From a bacterium (GTDB lineage Bacteria > Babelota > Babeliae > Babelales > Vermiphilaceae): 33,872 nucleotides of DNA. Both the position numbers and the translations under genes were made by a program. Under the pieces are notes generated by a model, which saw only the letters and a program-made list of their open reading frames with translations, was not told the DNA's origin and searched no databases. Below, piece after piece: positions 9,170 through 18,041 of this stretch. Each line of letters opens with the position of its first letter. Position 1 is the stretch's first letter. Location of the stretch: contig DAOVGZ010000001.1 of NCBI GenBank assembly GCA_030672115.1, forward strand, positions 1-33,872, in the 5' to 3' direction.

Positions 9170-10309
9170 TTATTGACTAGCTAACAAATTTCGTGGTATT
9201 TGCGCAGAAATACCGGTTGTTATTTCGCGTGGATTTTTACTAGAAAAGGTTGAAAGAAAGTCAGCGCGAATTTTTTGATGATTTCCAATAAGGGAAACTT
9301 CCATTCCAATTTTTATGTTTTTAATATTACTTACATCAATAGTTGTTGTATTCATACTTATTTTTCCAACAACCGGGGCATATTGCCCATTGACCATTAC
9401 AGATGCTTTATTTGAAAAAGCGCGTTGGTAACCCTCAAGGTAACCAACAGAAATAAAAGCGAGTACTGTTTTTTTTGTAGTTGTATAAGAAAGATCATAT
9501 CCAACAGATGTTCCTGCAGAAACTTTTTTTATAGCAAATATTCGTGACTTCCAGGTCAAAATAGGTACTAGTGTTGTTGCGGGGAATTGTTTGATAGTTT
9601 TTTTTTGAATATAGGTTGATGGCCAATAGCCATAAATGCTGATGCCAACTCTAAAAAAATTTCCAATAGATGCGTAGCTTTTAAGTGTTGCCGCAGAATT
9701 GCATGCATGCTGATAAGAAAAAGTTATATCGTTTTTTTTTAATTGAGAACAAAGATGTTGAAAAATTTTAATTTGTTTATTCGTAAAAAGCTGATTTTTT
9801 TTATGTGATTGAGCAAAGTGAGTAGATATACCTTTAATAGTTATAAATGGTAGTGTTAGAGCTTTTTTTATAAATGAAAATGCTTTATTTGGAGTAATTC
9901 CTAGTCTGCACAAGCCAGTATCAATTTTAATATGAATAGAGCAATTTTTTTGTAACTTTTTTCCGCAATTAGAAAGTTTCTGTAAAAAATCTTCATTATG
10001 AACAACAATATCGATATTTTTTTCAATAGCATATTCAGGATTATCATCTATATAGGCAAGAACAACTATTGGTTTTGTAATATAAGCATTTCTAAGATTT
10101 AGTGCGTCAGAAAGAGATGCAACGCAAAGATATTCAACGTTTTTATTTTTTTGGCAAACACGGCCTACTTCTAGCAGGCCGTGTCCATATGCGTTTCCTT
10201 TAATAACAGGAGCAAGGATATTTGGTCCAATAATCAATTTAAGTTGATTAAGATTGTGATCAAGTGCAGTTTTGTTTATTTCTACCCAGGTGTGCGGAGT
10301 ATGGACCAT
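9170..10309 (-). CDS. alr: alanine racemase
   Basis: 379-aa ORF. The PLP-lysine motif VIKGNAYGHG is near the N-terminus, and length and layout are typical of Alr. Confidence 0.88.
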   Translation of the reverse strand: MVHTPHTWVEINKTALDHNLNQLKLIIGPNILAPVIKGNAYGHGLLEVGRVCQKNKNVEYLCVASLSDALNLRNAYITKPIVVLAYIDDNPEYAIEKNIDIVVHNEDFLQKLSNCGKKLQKNCSIHIKIDTGLCRLGITPNKAFSFIKKALTLPFITIKGISTHFAQSHKKNQLFTNKQIKIFQHLCSQLKKNDITFSYQHACNSAATLKSYASIGNFFRVGISIYGYWPSTYIQKKTIKQFPATTLVPILTWKSRIFAIKKVSAGTSVGYDLSYTTTKKTVLAFISVGYLEGYQRAFSNKASVMVNGQYAPVVGKISMNTTTIDVSNIKNIKIGMEVSLIGNHQKIRADFLSTFSSKNPREITTGISAQIPRNLLASQ

Positions 10310-10316
10310 AAAAAAT

Positions 10317-10901
10317 TTATTTAATTAAAACGTTTAGTTTTTTAGATTCTTTTTTTTTCTGAATTTGTTTTGGAACGATAACAAAAAGCGTTTTATCTTT
10401 GTACTCTACGTGTGCTTTTTTAAAATTTAAAATAGAATCTATCGTTGTTCCTTGTTGTGTAGTGCTACGAGATTCATATTTTTGATAACTATTATTTTCT
10501 TTTTTTTCTTCTTGTGCTGCCTGTCTTGTTGCATACGACAAGTATTTGTTGTCTTTATCATATCCAATAATAATTTCTAAATTTTTTTCTGGAATAGTTA
10601 TTGTCAAACGATTAGGTTCAAGGTCGGCATCAAAATTTTTTACGTTTTTTCCTACAAGAAACTGTAAAACAAGTTCTATATCTTTTTGTACTAAATGAAC
10701 GGCATTAGTTTTTTTGTTTTTTTTATCATTTTTAAACCAATTTTCAGAAAACGTTTCATCAATATTTTTTTTCATCGCCTGCATCTGATGCTCCATGGCA
10801 GAAAAGTTTTTTTTGATGCGTTGCTCAAAAGAGTTTTGACATAAAATAGTGCCGCTCAGTACCATTGCTCCACATGCAATTATTCCTGTTTTTTTTATCA
10901 T
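10317..10901 (-). CDS. secreted protein with weak Hsp20/alpha-crystallin-like C-terminal domain
   Basis: 194-aa ORF with AAGGAA 6 nt upstream of the ATG and the signal-like N-terminus MIKKTGIIACGAMVLSGTILC. The pattern LTITIPEK...AHVEYKDKTLFVIVPK resembles the sHSP beta-sandwich end (A.y.nGvL.i.lPK). The functional call is tentative. Confidence 0.45.
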   Translation of the reverse strand: MIKKTGIIACGAMVLSGTILCQNSFEQRIKKNFSAMEHQMQAMKKNIDETFSENWFKNDKKNKKTNAVHLVQKDIELVLQFLVGKNVKNFDADLEPNRLTITIPEKNLEIIIGYDKDNKYLSYATRQAAQEEKKENNSYQKYESRSTTQQGTTIDSILNFKKAHVEYKDKTLFVIVPKQIQKKKESKKLNVLIK

Positions 10902-11016
10902 AATCGTTTCCTTATTTTAAAAGGGTTGATCGATTAAACACAACAAGGGTAAGTATACAGAAATATGTTTTTTTTGTGCAAGACGCTATTTTTGGTTAAA
11001 AGAAAAGTTTTTTATT

Positions 11017-11046
11017 CAAAAAATCCCAGGATTTTAAACCCTGGGA
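11017..11046 (-). terminator. rho-independent terminator of the 11089-11646 gene
   Basis: On the minus strand, stem TCCCAGG pairs with CCTGGGA (11040-11046 with 11024-11030) around an 8-9 nt loop, followed by TTTTTTG (plus-strand A-run 11018-11023). Confidence 0.6.
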
Positions 11047-11088
11047 AGAAAATTATTTTAATTTATTTAGAACTTTTGAATTTGTGTA

Positions 11089-11646
11089 TTATTTTTTTAA
11101 AAATCGGTTTAATACTTCTATTCCTGAATAGGTGGTTATCTTTGTAGGGGAATAAACAAACTTCAGATTGCTGTTATTTAATAAACTTTCAAGTTCTTGT
11201 TTTTTTTTATATAGCGCTGAAAGTAAGTTTTCTTTTTTTTGTATTGCTTTTTTAGATAGTTCTTTAACAAAAGGATTATTTTCTATTATTGTTTGTATCA
11301 TCCGTTCACTTAAGCAATAGCGAGTTGTTATGTTATAAAGATCTTTAGGAAGATCTTGTTTTGCTACGTTTGCTATTTTCCAAAACTCATCATAATTTTT
11401 AGCATTCTTGAGGCTGGTCATCGTTGTCATTCCTTTTTTGAAAAGATTATTATCAGAAGTTATATTGTTAAATTTTATAATTAAAGGATTTAATATTTCA
11501 TGGTTTGATTCGAAATTTTTAGTTAAGGAATCTAAAACATCAATTTTTTTTTGTATACTTGTAATTTCTTTACCCATTCCATAGCAACTTCCTGCAATCG
11601 CAGTAACACAAAATAGTATTCGTAGAGTAAATTGTTTAGTTATCAT
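11089..11646 (-). CDS. hypothetical secreted protein
   Basis: 185-aa ORF with GAAGG upstream of the ATG and the signal peptide ...FTLRILFCVTAIAGSCYG. No family recognised. Confidence 0.6.
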   Translation of the reverse strand: MITKQFTLRILFCVTAIAGSCYGMGKEITSIQKKIDVLDSLTKNFESNHEILNPLIIKFNNITSDNNLFKKGMTTMTSLKNAKNYDEFWKIANVAKQDLPKDLYNITTRYCLSERMIQTIIENNPFVKELSKKAIQKKENLLSALYKKKQELESLLNNSNLKFVYSPTKITTYSGIEVLNRFLKK

Positions 11647-11791
11647 TTGAAGCCTTCAAGGTTTTTTAATCGATTATGCCTTTAATTAAAGGCTTTTTTT
11701 TAATTATATACTTTCAAAGTAAGTGTAGATTTAAGAGTTGTCAAAAGGGTTAGGCCTTAGAAAAAGGGTTTTTTTGTGTTAATATAAAAAT

Positions 11792-12529
11792 ATGAATAAA
11801 AAAAATAAAAAACTAGAGGGTGAACTCATATTTGGTGTTCATCCATTACTTGAGTGTTTACGAGCTCGTCGTAGAAAGGTTATATCGATCTACACGACTA
11901 AACCTACTCCAAAATCTTTTGCTTTAATCGAGCGAGAAATGCCCAAGTATAAAATACCTATTCAGTATGTTTCCCGTGATATTTTGCAAAAAATGGCTGG
12001 ATCAACTGATCACCAGGGGATTGTTTCTTGGGTTAGGACCTTTCCTTTTAGGAAAAAGGTTTTTGACTCTCAAAAACAAAAATTTATTGTCATGCTTGAT
12101 GGAATACAAGATCCACGCAATGTTGGTGCGATTATTCGTTCTGCCTATTGCGCAGGTGCTCAAGGCGTTGTTTTGTGTAAAAAAGGTGCTTCTCCGCTCA
12201 GTGCTGTAGCTCTAAAAGCTTCAGCTGGCCTTGCAGAGCACATGGAAATCTTACTAGCTCCTTCTTCTGAATGGGCAGCACAAACGCTTAAGGAAGCTGG
12301 TTATAATCTTTATATGGCTGTATTTAATGGTAAATCGGCTATAAAAGTAGAGTATAAAGAACCTCTTTGTTTAGTTATCGGTAATGAGGCCATTGGTGTA
12401 ACCAAAGGAATTATGCGAATGGGTACTAATGTTACTCTTCCTCAGCGATCAGATGGAATTTCTTACAATGCTTCTGTAGCTGCAGGTATTTTACTGTTCC
12501 ATATCGGAGTACAAAGCGGCCGAATATAA
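11792..12529 (+). CDS. rlmB: SpoU/TrmH-family 23S rRNA 2'-O-ribose methyltransferase (RlmB-like)
   Basis: 245-aa ORF. It has the N-terminal substrate-binding block GVHPLLECLRA, the SpoU motifs DGIQDPRNVGAIIRSA and LVIGNEAIGV, and the C-terminal knot region LNASVAAGILLF. Confidence 0.85.
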   Translation: MNKKNKKLEGELIFGVHPLLECLRARRRKVISIYTTKPTPKSFALIEREMPKYKIPIQYVSRDILQKMAGSTDHQGIVSWVRTFPFRKKVFDSQKQKFIVMLDGIQDPRNVGAIIRSAYCAGAQGVVLCKKGASPLSAVALKASAGLAEHMEILLAPSSEWAAQTLKEAGYNLYMAVFNGKSAIKVEYKEPLCLVIGNEAIGVTKGIMRMGTNVTLPQRSDGISYNASVAAGILLFHIGVQSGRI

Positions 12530-12547
12530 ATTTGAATTTAAAAAAAA

Positions 12548-12587
12548 GCCCTCAATAAAAGATTTATACTTTTATTGAGGGCTTTTT
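12548..12587. terminator. bidirectional rho-independent terminator
   Basis: GCCCTCAATAAAAG ... CTTTTATTGAGGGC is a long stem flanked by an A-run (12541-12547) and a T-run (after 12582). It lies between rlmB (+) and the convergent 12612 gene (-). Confidence 0.7.
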
Positions 12588-12611
12588 AATGTCTAAAATT
12601 TTTAAATAATT

Positions 12612-12937
12612 TTAATTTTGTAGGTTTCTATCTAGTCTTTTTTTAAATTTTGTCATTGTTGCAGATTTAATTTCTTTGTTTCTAGCTTCAATTGAAAGAT
12701 TTTTAAAATCAGGGTCATCAGATATTGTTTGTCCGAGTAACTGTGTTTTTTCATTAATTTTATTAAATACATTCATAGCCGTATACATTGAAAGCAATTT
12801 ATAGGTTAGCAAAACATTGTTTGCAAATTTTCTTGTTGTAGCGCTTACTGTATGTTCTTTTTCCATAGCCATACTGTTATAGCTTGTCACTATGCCTGCT
12901 ATAGCAATAAAACTATCATTATTTTTTTATTTTCCAT
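12612..12937 (-). pseudogene. frameshifted tandem paralog of the 12963-13241 gene (signal peptide disrupted)
   Basis: An ATG at 12937 with a GGAG site opens MENKKIMIVLLL and then hits TAG at 12901-12899. The nucleotides parallel the paralog's MKNKKIMIVLFAIASMVTSYNSIAM but lack one base (gttttattgctat versus gttttattcgctat). The tracked ORF 12612-12890 continues the homology (TSYNSMAM) in another frame. Confidence 0.6.
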
Positions 12938-12962
12938 AATATTCTCCATTATTAATATGAAA

Positions 12963-13241
12963 TTAGTTAAGTGATTCTCTCATTAGTTTTACAATTTTTG
13001 TTTTTTGGGCTGCATATTTATTTAGTAGGATTATATTTTGAGATTCATCATCCTGGTCAGATGCATGATAATCATCATCATAGACATAATCTTCATCATC
13101 AGAGATAGAATCTTCATCATTAGCACTGGTAGGTATGTTTTGTGTTAGTTCGCTTGGTTTTTTTTTCATAGCTATGCTGTTATAGCTCGTCACCATGCTT
13201 GCGATAGCGAATAAAACTATCATTATTTTTTTATTTTTCAT
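12963..13241 (-). CDS. small secreted acidic protein (intact paralog)
   Basis: 92-aa ORF with AAAGGAA upstream and the signal peptide MKNKKIMIVLFAIASMVTSYNSIA. It has an Asp/Glu-rich core, NDEDSISDDEDYVYDDDYHASDQDDES. Confidence 0.65.
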   Translation of the reverse strand: MKNKKIMIVLFAIASMVTSYNSIAMKKKPSELTQNIPTSANDEDSISDDEDYVYDDDYHASDQDDESQNIILLNKYAAQKTKIVKLMRESLN

Positions 13242-13351
13242 AATGTTTTCCTTTGTTAATATGAAAATTGTTATTTTTTTAACTTATTTTCACCGTAAAC
13301 TAGTTTTTTGAAGGTGTCAAAAGGGTATAAAGCTTAAAATAAAGGGTTTTT

Positions 13352-14467
13352 GTGAAGATTTATTTTTGTTTTTTAATCATATTGTTCTCGTATTCCTCTG
13401 CTTTTTCATACAAATTAAAAGAATCTGTTTATGATCAATCTGTTTTTGTATCTGGAGAATGCATTTTAGGGGTTGATATAGGTGGGACAAATAGTGATTT
13501 TGGTTTTTTTAGTGTTCAAAATGAAAAACCGGTACTTCTTGTTTCTTTTCGTGAACAAACAAAAAATATTTCAGATTTTATAGATATTTTAAAAGTTGTT
13601 TTAAGCACGGCATACGCAAAGTATGGTATTACGGTTAGTCGCTGTTGTATTGGTGCCCCTGGAAAACGGTCAGAAAAAAAAGATTTTTCTAATGGGGGAA
13701 AAGCAAAATTTGTAATTGATGCAAAAAAAATAAAAGAACAAACAGGTTTAAAAACTGTTTATGTGTTAAATGATTTTGAAATTGTTGGATATGGTTTAGA
13801 TTTTATTGCGCCTGAAGATATTGTTGAAATAAACAAAGGGACTCCATGGAAAAATTCGCCTAAGGTTTTTGTTGGTGCTGGTACTGGCGTTGGAGTTTCT
13901 TATATGTTGTGGGATGAACATACTCAAAAATATAATGCTTTATTTTCAGAGCTTGCTTGTACTGAATTTTCTCCTCGAGATAAAAAAGAACTTGCTTTTG
14001 CTCAGCAAGCAAAGCATCCGTTTATGGATGTTATGCTTTGGACTCATGCCTTGGGCGGTAATATTGGTGCATGGGGTTTGCGAAAATTTTTGATCAAAAG
14101 AAAATATAAAAAACTTGTTCCCGATTATAAACATTTTAATGGAAGAAAAACGTTTGCAACATATTATAGTGACTCTTTTTCTAGACGTGCTGTTGATAAA
14201 TACATAGAGTTGTATGCTCGTTTTGTCCGTATTGCTTGTAAAGCAATTAATCCAATGGGTGGTGTGTATATTGTTGGTGGTATTGCAGCAAAACAATGGC
14301 AGCATTTTGTTCAAGGAAATTTTTTACAGACATTTACGGGAGATAGAAATTCTCATGTTTATACATATTTTTCTCAAATTCCTGTCTATCTTGTAAAAGA
14401 TTTAAATATCAATCTTTATGGCGCTGTTCAATACCTTTTATATGAATTGGAAAAAGTTGCAAATTAA
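13352..14467 (+). CDS. glucokinase-family (Glk, PF02685-type) protein, divergent, with hydrophobic N-terminal extension
   Basis: 371-aa ORF with a GTG start and AAGGG 5 nt upstream. It is collinear with E. coli Glk as I recall it: GVDIGGTN, VLNDFEIVGYGL, VGAGTGVGVSYML, GGVYIVGGIA and IPVYLVKD. However, EGGH reads ELAC, and the first ~25 aa (MKIYFCFLIILFSYSSAFS) look like a signal peptide or anchor. Confidence 0.75.
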   Translation: MKIYFCFLIILFSYSSAFSYKLKESVYDQSVFVSGECILGVDIGGTNSDFGFFSVQNEKPVLLVSFREQTKNISDFIDILKVVLSTAYAKYGITVSRCCIGAPGKRSEKKDFSNGGKAKFVIDAKKIKEQTGLKTVYVLNDFEIVGYGLDFIAPEDIVEINKGTPWKNSPKVFVGAGTGVGVSYMLWDEHTQKYNALFSELACTEFSPRDKKELAFAQQAKHPFMDVMLWTHALGGNIGAWGLRKFLIKRKYKKLVPDYKHFNGRKTFATYYSDSFSRRAVDKYIELYARFVRIACKAINPMGGVYIVGGIAAKQWQHFVQGNFLQTFTGDRNSHVYTYFSQIPVYLVKDLNINLYGAVQYLLYELEKVAN

Positions 14468-14487
14468 AACCTAAAGAATAACAACCA

Positions 14488-14517
14488 TTGACTATGATCC
14501 CAAAAAATATGTATGAA
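14488..14517 (+). promoter_or_regulatory. candidate promoter for ftsQAZ
   Basis: TTGACT (14488-14493), an 18-nt spacer, then TATGAA (14512-14517). A strong SD (AGGGGGAAG) lies just before the ATG at 14574. Confidence 0.3.
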
Positions 14518-14573
14518 AAGAGAGAAGGTTTTTAAGGGGTACAGCAAGAACGCTCGACTTTAGGGGGAAGAGC

Positions 14574-15353
14574 ATGAAGGGGTTTTCAAGGGGCATCCGC
14601 GTAGCTATTGTATTTTTTTTATGTGGGACATTTTTTTTATTGATGCGCCCTTTTATAGTATCATTTTTTTGTATTGATCGTTGTAGTGTTCAGTTTGTTG
14701 GACAGTTTAATTCTGATCAAAAAAAATCTATAGAATCATTTATTGCTAAAAATAATAGCTGTTTGAATAGTTCTTTAAGTGTTGCTGTAAAAAAAATAAA
14801 AAAACGTTTTCCGTCTGTAAAAAAAGTTGAGCTTTTTTCTAATGCTCAAGGAATTACAACTGCTTCTATTGAAAGTGAAAAACCGCTTTTAAAAATAAAT
14901 GAACATTTTATTTTGGTAGATAATGGGATGCTTTTACAGCAGAAATTATTTGATCAAAATTATATTAAAGATCTTAAACATTTAAATTTTTTAAATAGTG
15001 ATTTTATATCTGAAACTTTTGATTTTGATGATATGAACAATGAGTATGTTGGTAAAATGCCAGGTATTTTTTTAAAAACAGCGTTACATATTCCGTCCTT
15101 TCTTTTTCAAAAATATAAAATTACATGTAAAAGTTCATCAAAATGGTTGCTGCAAGATAAAACTCAGAAAAACTTTTTTATTTTATGGAATGAGTCAAAA
15201 ATTCCAAATGAATCAATATTGAATGTATGTAATGAAATACAAAAAAACCTGGTTTCTCGAAAAAAGTTTTTAGGAAAAAAAGTTCGTGATTGGGTTGCAG
15301 ATGTGAGGTTTGAAGATCAGATTATTTTATTTGCGAAAGCAGGGGGGCAGTGA
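14574..15353 (+). CDS. ftsQ: cell division protein FtsQ-like (single TM plus POTRA-like region)
   Basis: 259-aa ORF with one N-terminal TM helix (VAIVFFLCGTFFLL). A POTRA-like start (IDRCSVQFVGQFNSDQKKSIESFI) follows. Its stop overlaps the ftsA start (TGATG), which is the classical ftsQ-ftsA-ftsZ order. Confidence 0.65.
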   Translation: MKGFSRGIRVAIVFFLCGTFFLLMRPFIVSFFCIDRCSVQFVGQFNSDQKKSIESFIAKNNSCLNSSLSVAVKKIKKRFPSVKKVELFSNAQGITTASIESEKPLLKINEHFILVDNGMLLQQKLFDQNYIKDLKHLNFLNSDFISETFDFDDMNNEYVGKMPGIFLKTALHIPSFLFQKYKITCKSSSKWLLQDKTQKNFFILWNESKIPNESILNVCNEIQKNLVSRKKFLGKKVRDWVADVRFEDQIILFAKAGGQ

Positions 15354-16582
15354 TGGCAAACGTTTTTTCTGGCCGGACAATCACGGCTATTGATATAGGG
15401 ACAACAAAGATATGTGTCCTTGTGGCAAATCAAATTGATAAAAACAATATTGAGGTGCTTGGGGTTGGTAAAGCACCGTCAGATGGCCTAAGAAAAGGGG
15501 TTGTTGTTGATGTCGCTCGAACTATTTCTTCAATCAGACAAGCGGTTAAAGAAGCCGAACTTATGTCTGGCCATACTATTGAATCAGCTTACATAGGAAT
15601 TTCTGGAGCGCATATTCAATCTATTAATTCACACGGCGCTGTTCCTATTAAAATAGGGCAAGTCAGAACCGTTGATATACAAAATGTGCTTGATGCTGCA
15701 AAAGCGGTGCAGGTTGCCGAAGGTCAACAAATCTTGCATGTATTACCTCAATATTTTCAGATTGATGGTGGAGATAAATTAGATGATCCTACAGATATGC
15801 ATGGAATAAGACTAGAGGTTCAAGCTCATATTATAACTGGTTCGGTAGCTTCGGTACAAAATCTTGTTAACTGTTGTGAGAGTGCTGGTGTAAAAGTTCA
15901 GGATGTTGTTCTTGAACAGTTAGCTTCTGCCTGCGCAGTATTGAGTGATGATGAGCGCGAACTAGGTGTAGCAGTTCTTGATATTGGTGGTGGAACTTCT
16001 GACTTAGCTTTATATCAACGTGGAAGTATTAGGCACACGATGGTATTGCCTGTTGCAGGGAATCATTTTACTAATGATCTAGCCGTTGGTTTGCGTACAA
16101 CAATATCTGACGCAGAACGTATAAAACGTTTGCATGGTGTTGCGACAGAATTAATGCTTGATGAAAATAAAAAAATTGAAATAGAAATGGTGCAAGGTGG
16201 AAAAAAACGGGAAGTATATATTTCTGACCTTGTTAGAATTTTAGAACCGCGTGCGAGTGAATTGCTTGCTTTGGTTCATGAAGAAATTATAACCAAAAGG
16301 CTTCAGTCTTTTGTTACATCAGGTTTAGTTATTACTGGTGGTGGATCTTTACTTTATGGAATGAAAGATTTAGCAGAAACAATATTTGAGTGTGATGTCC
16401 GTATTGGGATGCCAAGACTTCAATTTGGTATTTCAGAATCATTAAACAGTCCTGTGTATGCAACTGGTTATGGTTTGTTGCTACATGCGTTAAAGGGCAA
16501 TGGAAATTTAAATGATGCTTCCGGGCCGGTTGTTAAAAAATTATTTGTGCGTATGAAGTCATGGATCGCGGATTTTTTTTAA
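15353..16582 (+). CDS. ftsA: cell division protein FtsA
   Basis: Actin-fold ATPase motifs AIDIGTTKICVLV and LDIGGGTSDLA, with a C-terminal amphipathic tail KLFVRMKSWIADFF. The ATG at 15353 overlaps the ftsQ TGA. The track's GTG at 15350 is an alternative start. Confidence 0.93.
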   Translation: MANVFSGRTITAIDIGTTKICVLVANQIDKNNIEVLGVGKAPSDGLRKGVVVDVARTISSIRQAVKEAELMSGHTIESAYIGISGAHIQSINSHGAVPIKIGQVRTVDIQNVLDAAKAVQVAEGQQILHVLPQYFQIDGGDKLDDPTDMHGIRLEVQAHIITGSVASVQNLVNCCESAGVKVQDVVLEQLASACAVLSDDERELGVAVLDIGGGTSDLALYQRGSIRHTMVLPVAGNHFTNDLAVGLRTTISDAERIKRLHGVATELMLDENKKIEIEMVQGGKKREVYISDLVRILEPRASELLALVHEEIITKRLQSFVTSGLVITGGGSLLYGMKDLAETIFECDVRIGMPRLQFGISESLNSPVYATGYGLLLHALKGNGNLNDASGPVVKKLFVRMKSWIADFF

Positions 16583-16641
16583 AATTATAAGTTTTAATTG
16601 AAGTCCTATCTTTTTAAAATAAGTAATACAAGGAGAGTTCA

Positions 16642-17922
16642 ATGATTGAATTGGAACAAGAACCCCAAAAAAAGGGAACCCCAGTTGTTTCAATTAAAGT
16701 GATAGGTATCGGTGGTGCAGGAGGCAATACTGTCAATAGCATCATAGAGTCTGGTAATAAAAATGTAGAATGCATTGTTGCCAATACTGATGCTCAAGCG
16801 TTGCATCTGTCACAAGCGGAACATAAAATCCAACTTGGAGTTAAGTCTACAAAAGGTTTGGGAACAGGAGCAAATCCAGAATTAGGAAAACGAGCAGCTG
16901 AAGAAGATTTGGATAAAGTTTTAGAAACTGTTGGTGACGCAGATATTGTTTTTTTAGCTGCTGGAATGGGTGGCGGAACAGGATCGGGAGCAATTTCAGT
17001 TATAGCTCGTGCGCTTAAAGAGCGAGGTATTTTAACCATAGCAGTTGTAACGCGACCATTTTTATTTGAGGGAAAAAGAAGAGCAAAGGTTGCTGAAACT
17101 GTATTGAAAAATTTAGAAAAAGATGTTGATACATTAATTATTCTTCCAAATCAAAAGTTATTAGAAGAAGTTGATCAAAATGTTTCTATGATCGATGCAT
17201 TTTCAATGATTAACGGTATTTTAGGACAATCGGTAAAAGGTATTTCTGATATTATCACTCGCGCGGGTCATATTAATGTTGATTTTTCAGATGTTCGAAC
17301 AATCATGAAGGGAATGGGTATTGCCATTATGGGAACTGGTGTTGCTACCGGACCTGAACGAGCACAAGAAGCAGCATTGCAAGCAATATCGTCTCCGTTA
17401 TTTGAAAATATGAATATCACAGGAGCACAAGGAGTTCTTTTAAACATTACGGGCGGAAAAAATCTTGGCCTTCATGAAATTAGTCAGGCAGCTTCAATTA
17501 TTTATGAAGAAGCAGATGAAAATGCAAATATTATTTTAGGTTCTGTTATAGATGAAACATTAGATCAAGAAGTTTTTGTAACTATTATTGCAACAGGCTT
17601 TGAACAAAAACAAATAGAAGAAACAGCTATTGATCAAAAAGTTCATGCTACTGCTACTTTTAGAGAAGAACCAGAAGTGTATGAGACAAAAGAAATAGAA
17701 ACTCCTGCAGAAAAAAAACAAGAAATAAGTGAACAGTTTGATGTTCAATTGCAAGAGTTAGAGCAAGAGCTTAAAGCACTTGATGCTCAAGAGGCTCAAG
17801 AAAAAAAAGAAGATCAACCTGCTGTAGAAAAAATAGACCATTTAGAATTGATTGATGTAAATGATCTAGATGTTCCTGCATTTTTACGAAAAGAATTAAA
17901 AGAGAAAACTGAAGTAAAATAA
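16642..17922 (+). CDS. ftsZ: cell division GTPase FtsZ
   Basis: 426-aa ORF with AAGGAG upstream. It has the tubulin signature GMGGGTGSGA, NTDAQAL, an acidic linker, and the C-terminal peptide DLDVPAFLRK. Confidence 0.96.
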   Translation: MIELEQEPQKKGTPVVSIKVIGIGGAGGNTVNSIIESGNKNVECIVANTDAQALHLSQAEHKIQLGVKSTKGLGTGANPELGKRAAEEDLDKVLETVGDADIVFLAAGMGGGTGSGAISVIARALKERGILTIAVVTRPFLFEGKRRAKVAETVLKNLEKDVDTLIILPNQKLLEEVDQNVSMIDAFSMINGILGQSVKGISDIITRAGHINVDFSDVRTIMKGMGIAIMGTGVATGPERAQEAALQAISSPLFENMNITGAQGVLLNITGGKNLGLHEISQAASIIYEEADENANIILGSVIDETLDQEVFVTIIATGFEQKQIEETAIDQKVHATATFREEPEVYETKEIETPAEKKQEISEQFDVQLQELEQELKALDAQEAQEKKEDQPAVEKIDHLELIDVNDLDVPAFLRKELKEKTEVK

Positions 17923-17940
17923 TATTTTTTTAGGTTATTA

Positions 17941-17983
17941 AGTGAATTGCATGCCTTATTGGGTAAGCAATTCACTTTTTTTT
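17941..17983 (+). terminator. rho-independent terminator after ftsZ
   Basis: Stem AGTGAATTGC (17941-17950) pairs with GCAATTCACT (17967-17976), followed by a T-run. Confidence 0.65.
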
Positions 17984-18041
17984 ACTTTGAGTTACACTTG
18001 TAGGCTTGCATGGTATCTTTTGGTTTAAAGAATGGTTTTAT

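Noticed and set aside
16794-17039. 81-aa minus-strand ORF rich in Pro/Ala/Ser inside ftsZ
   Set aside because: It is the antisense reading of the conserved GGGTGSGA/GTGANP region of ftsZ, so it is a mirror artefact.
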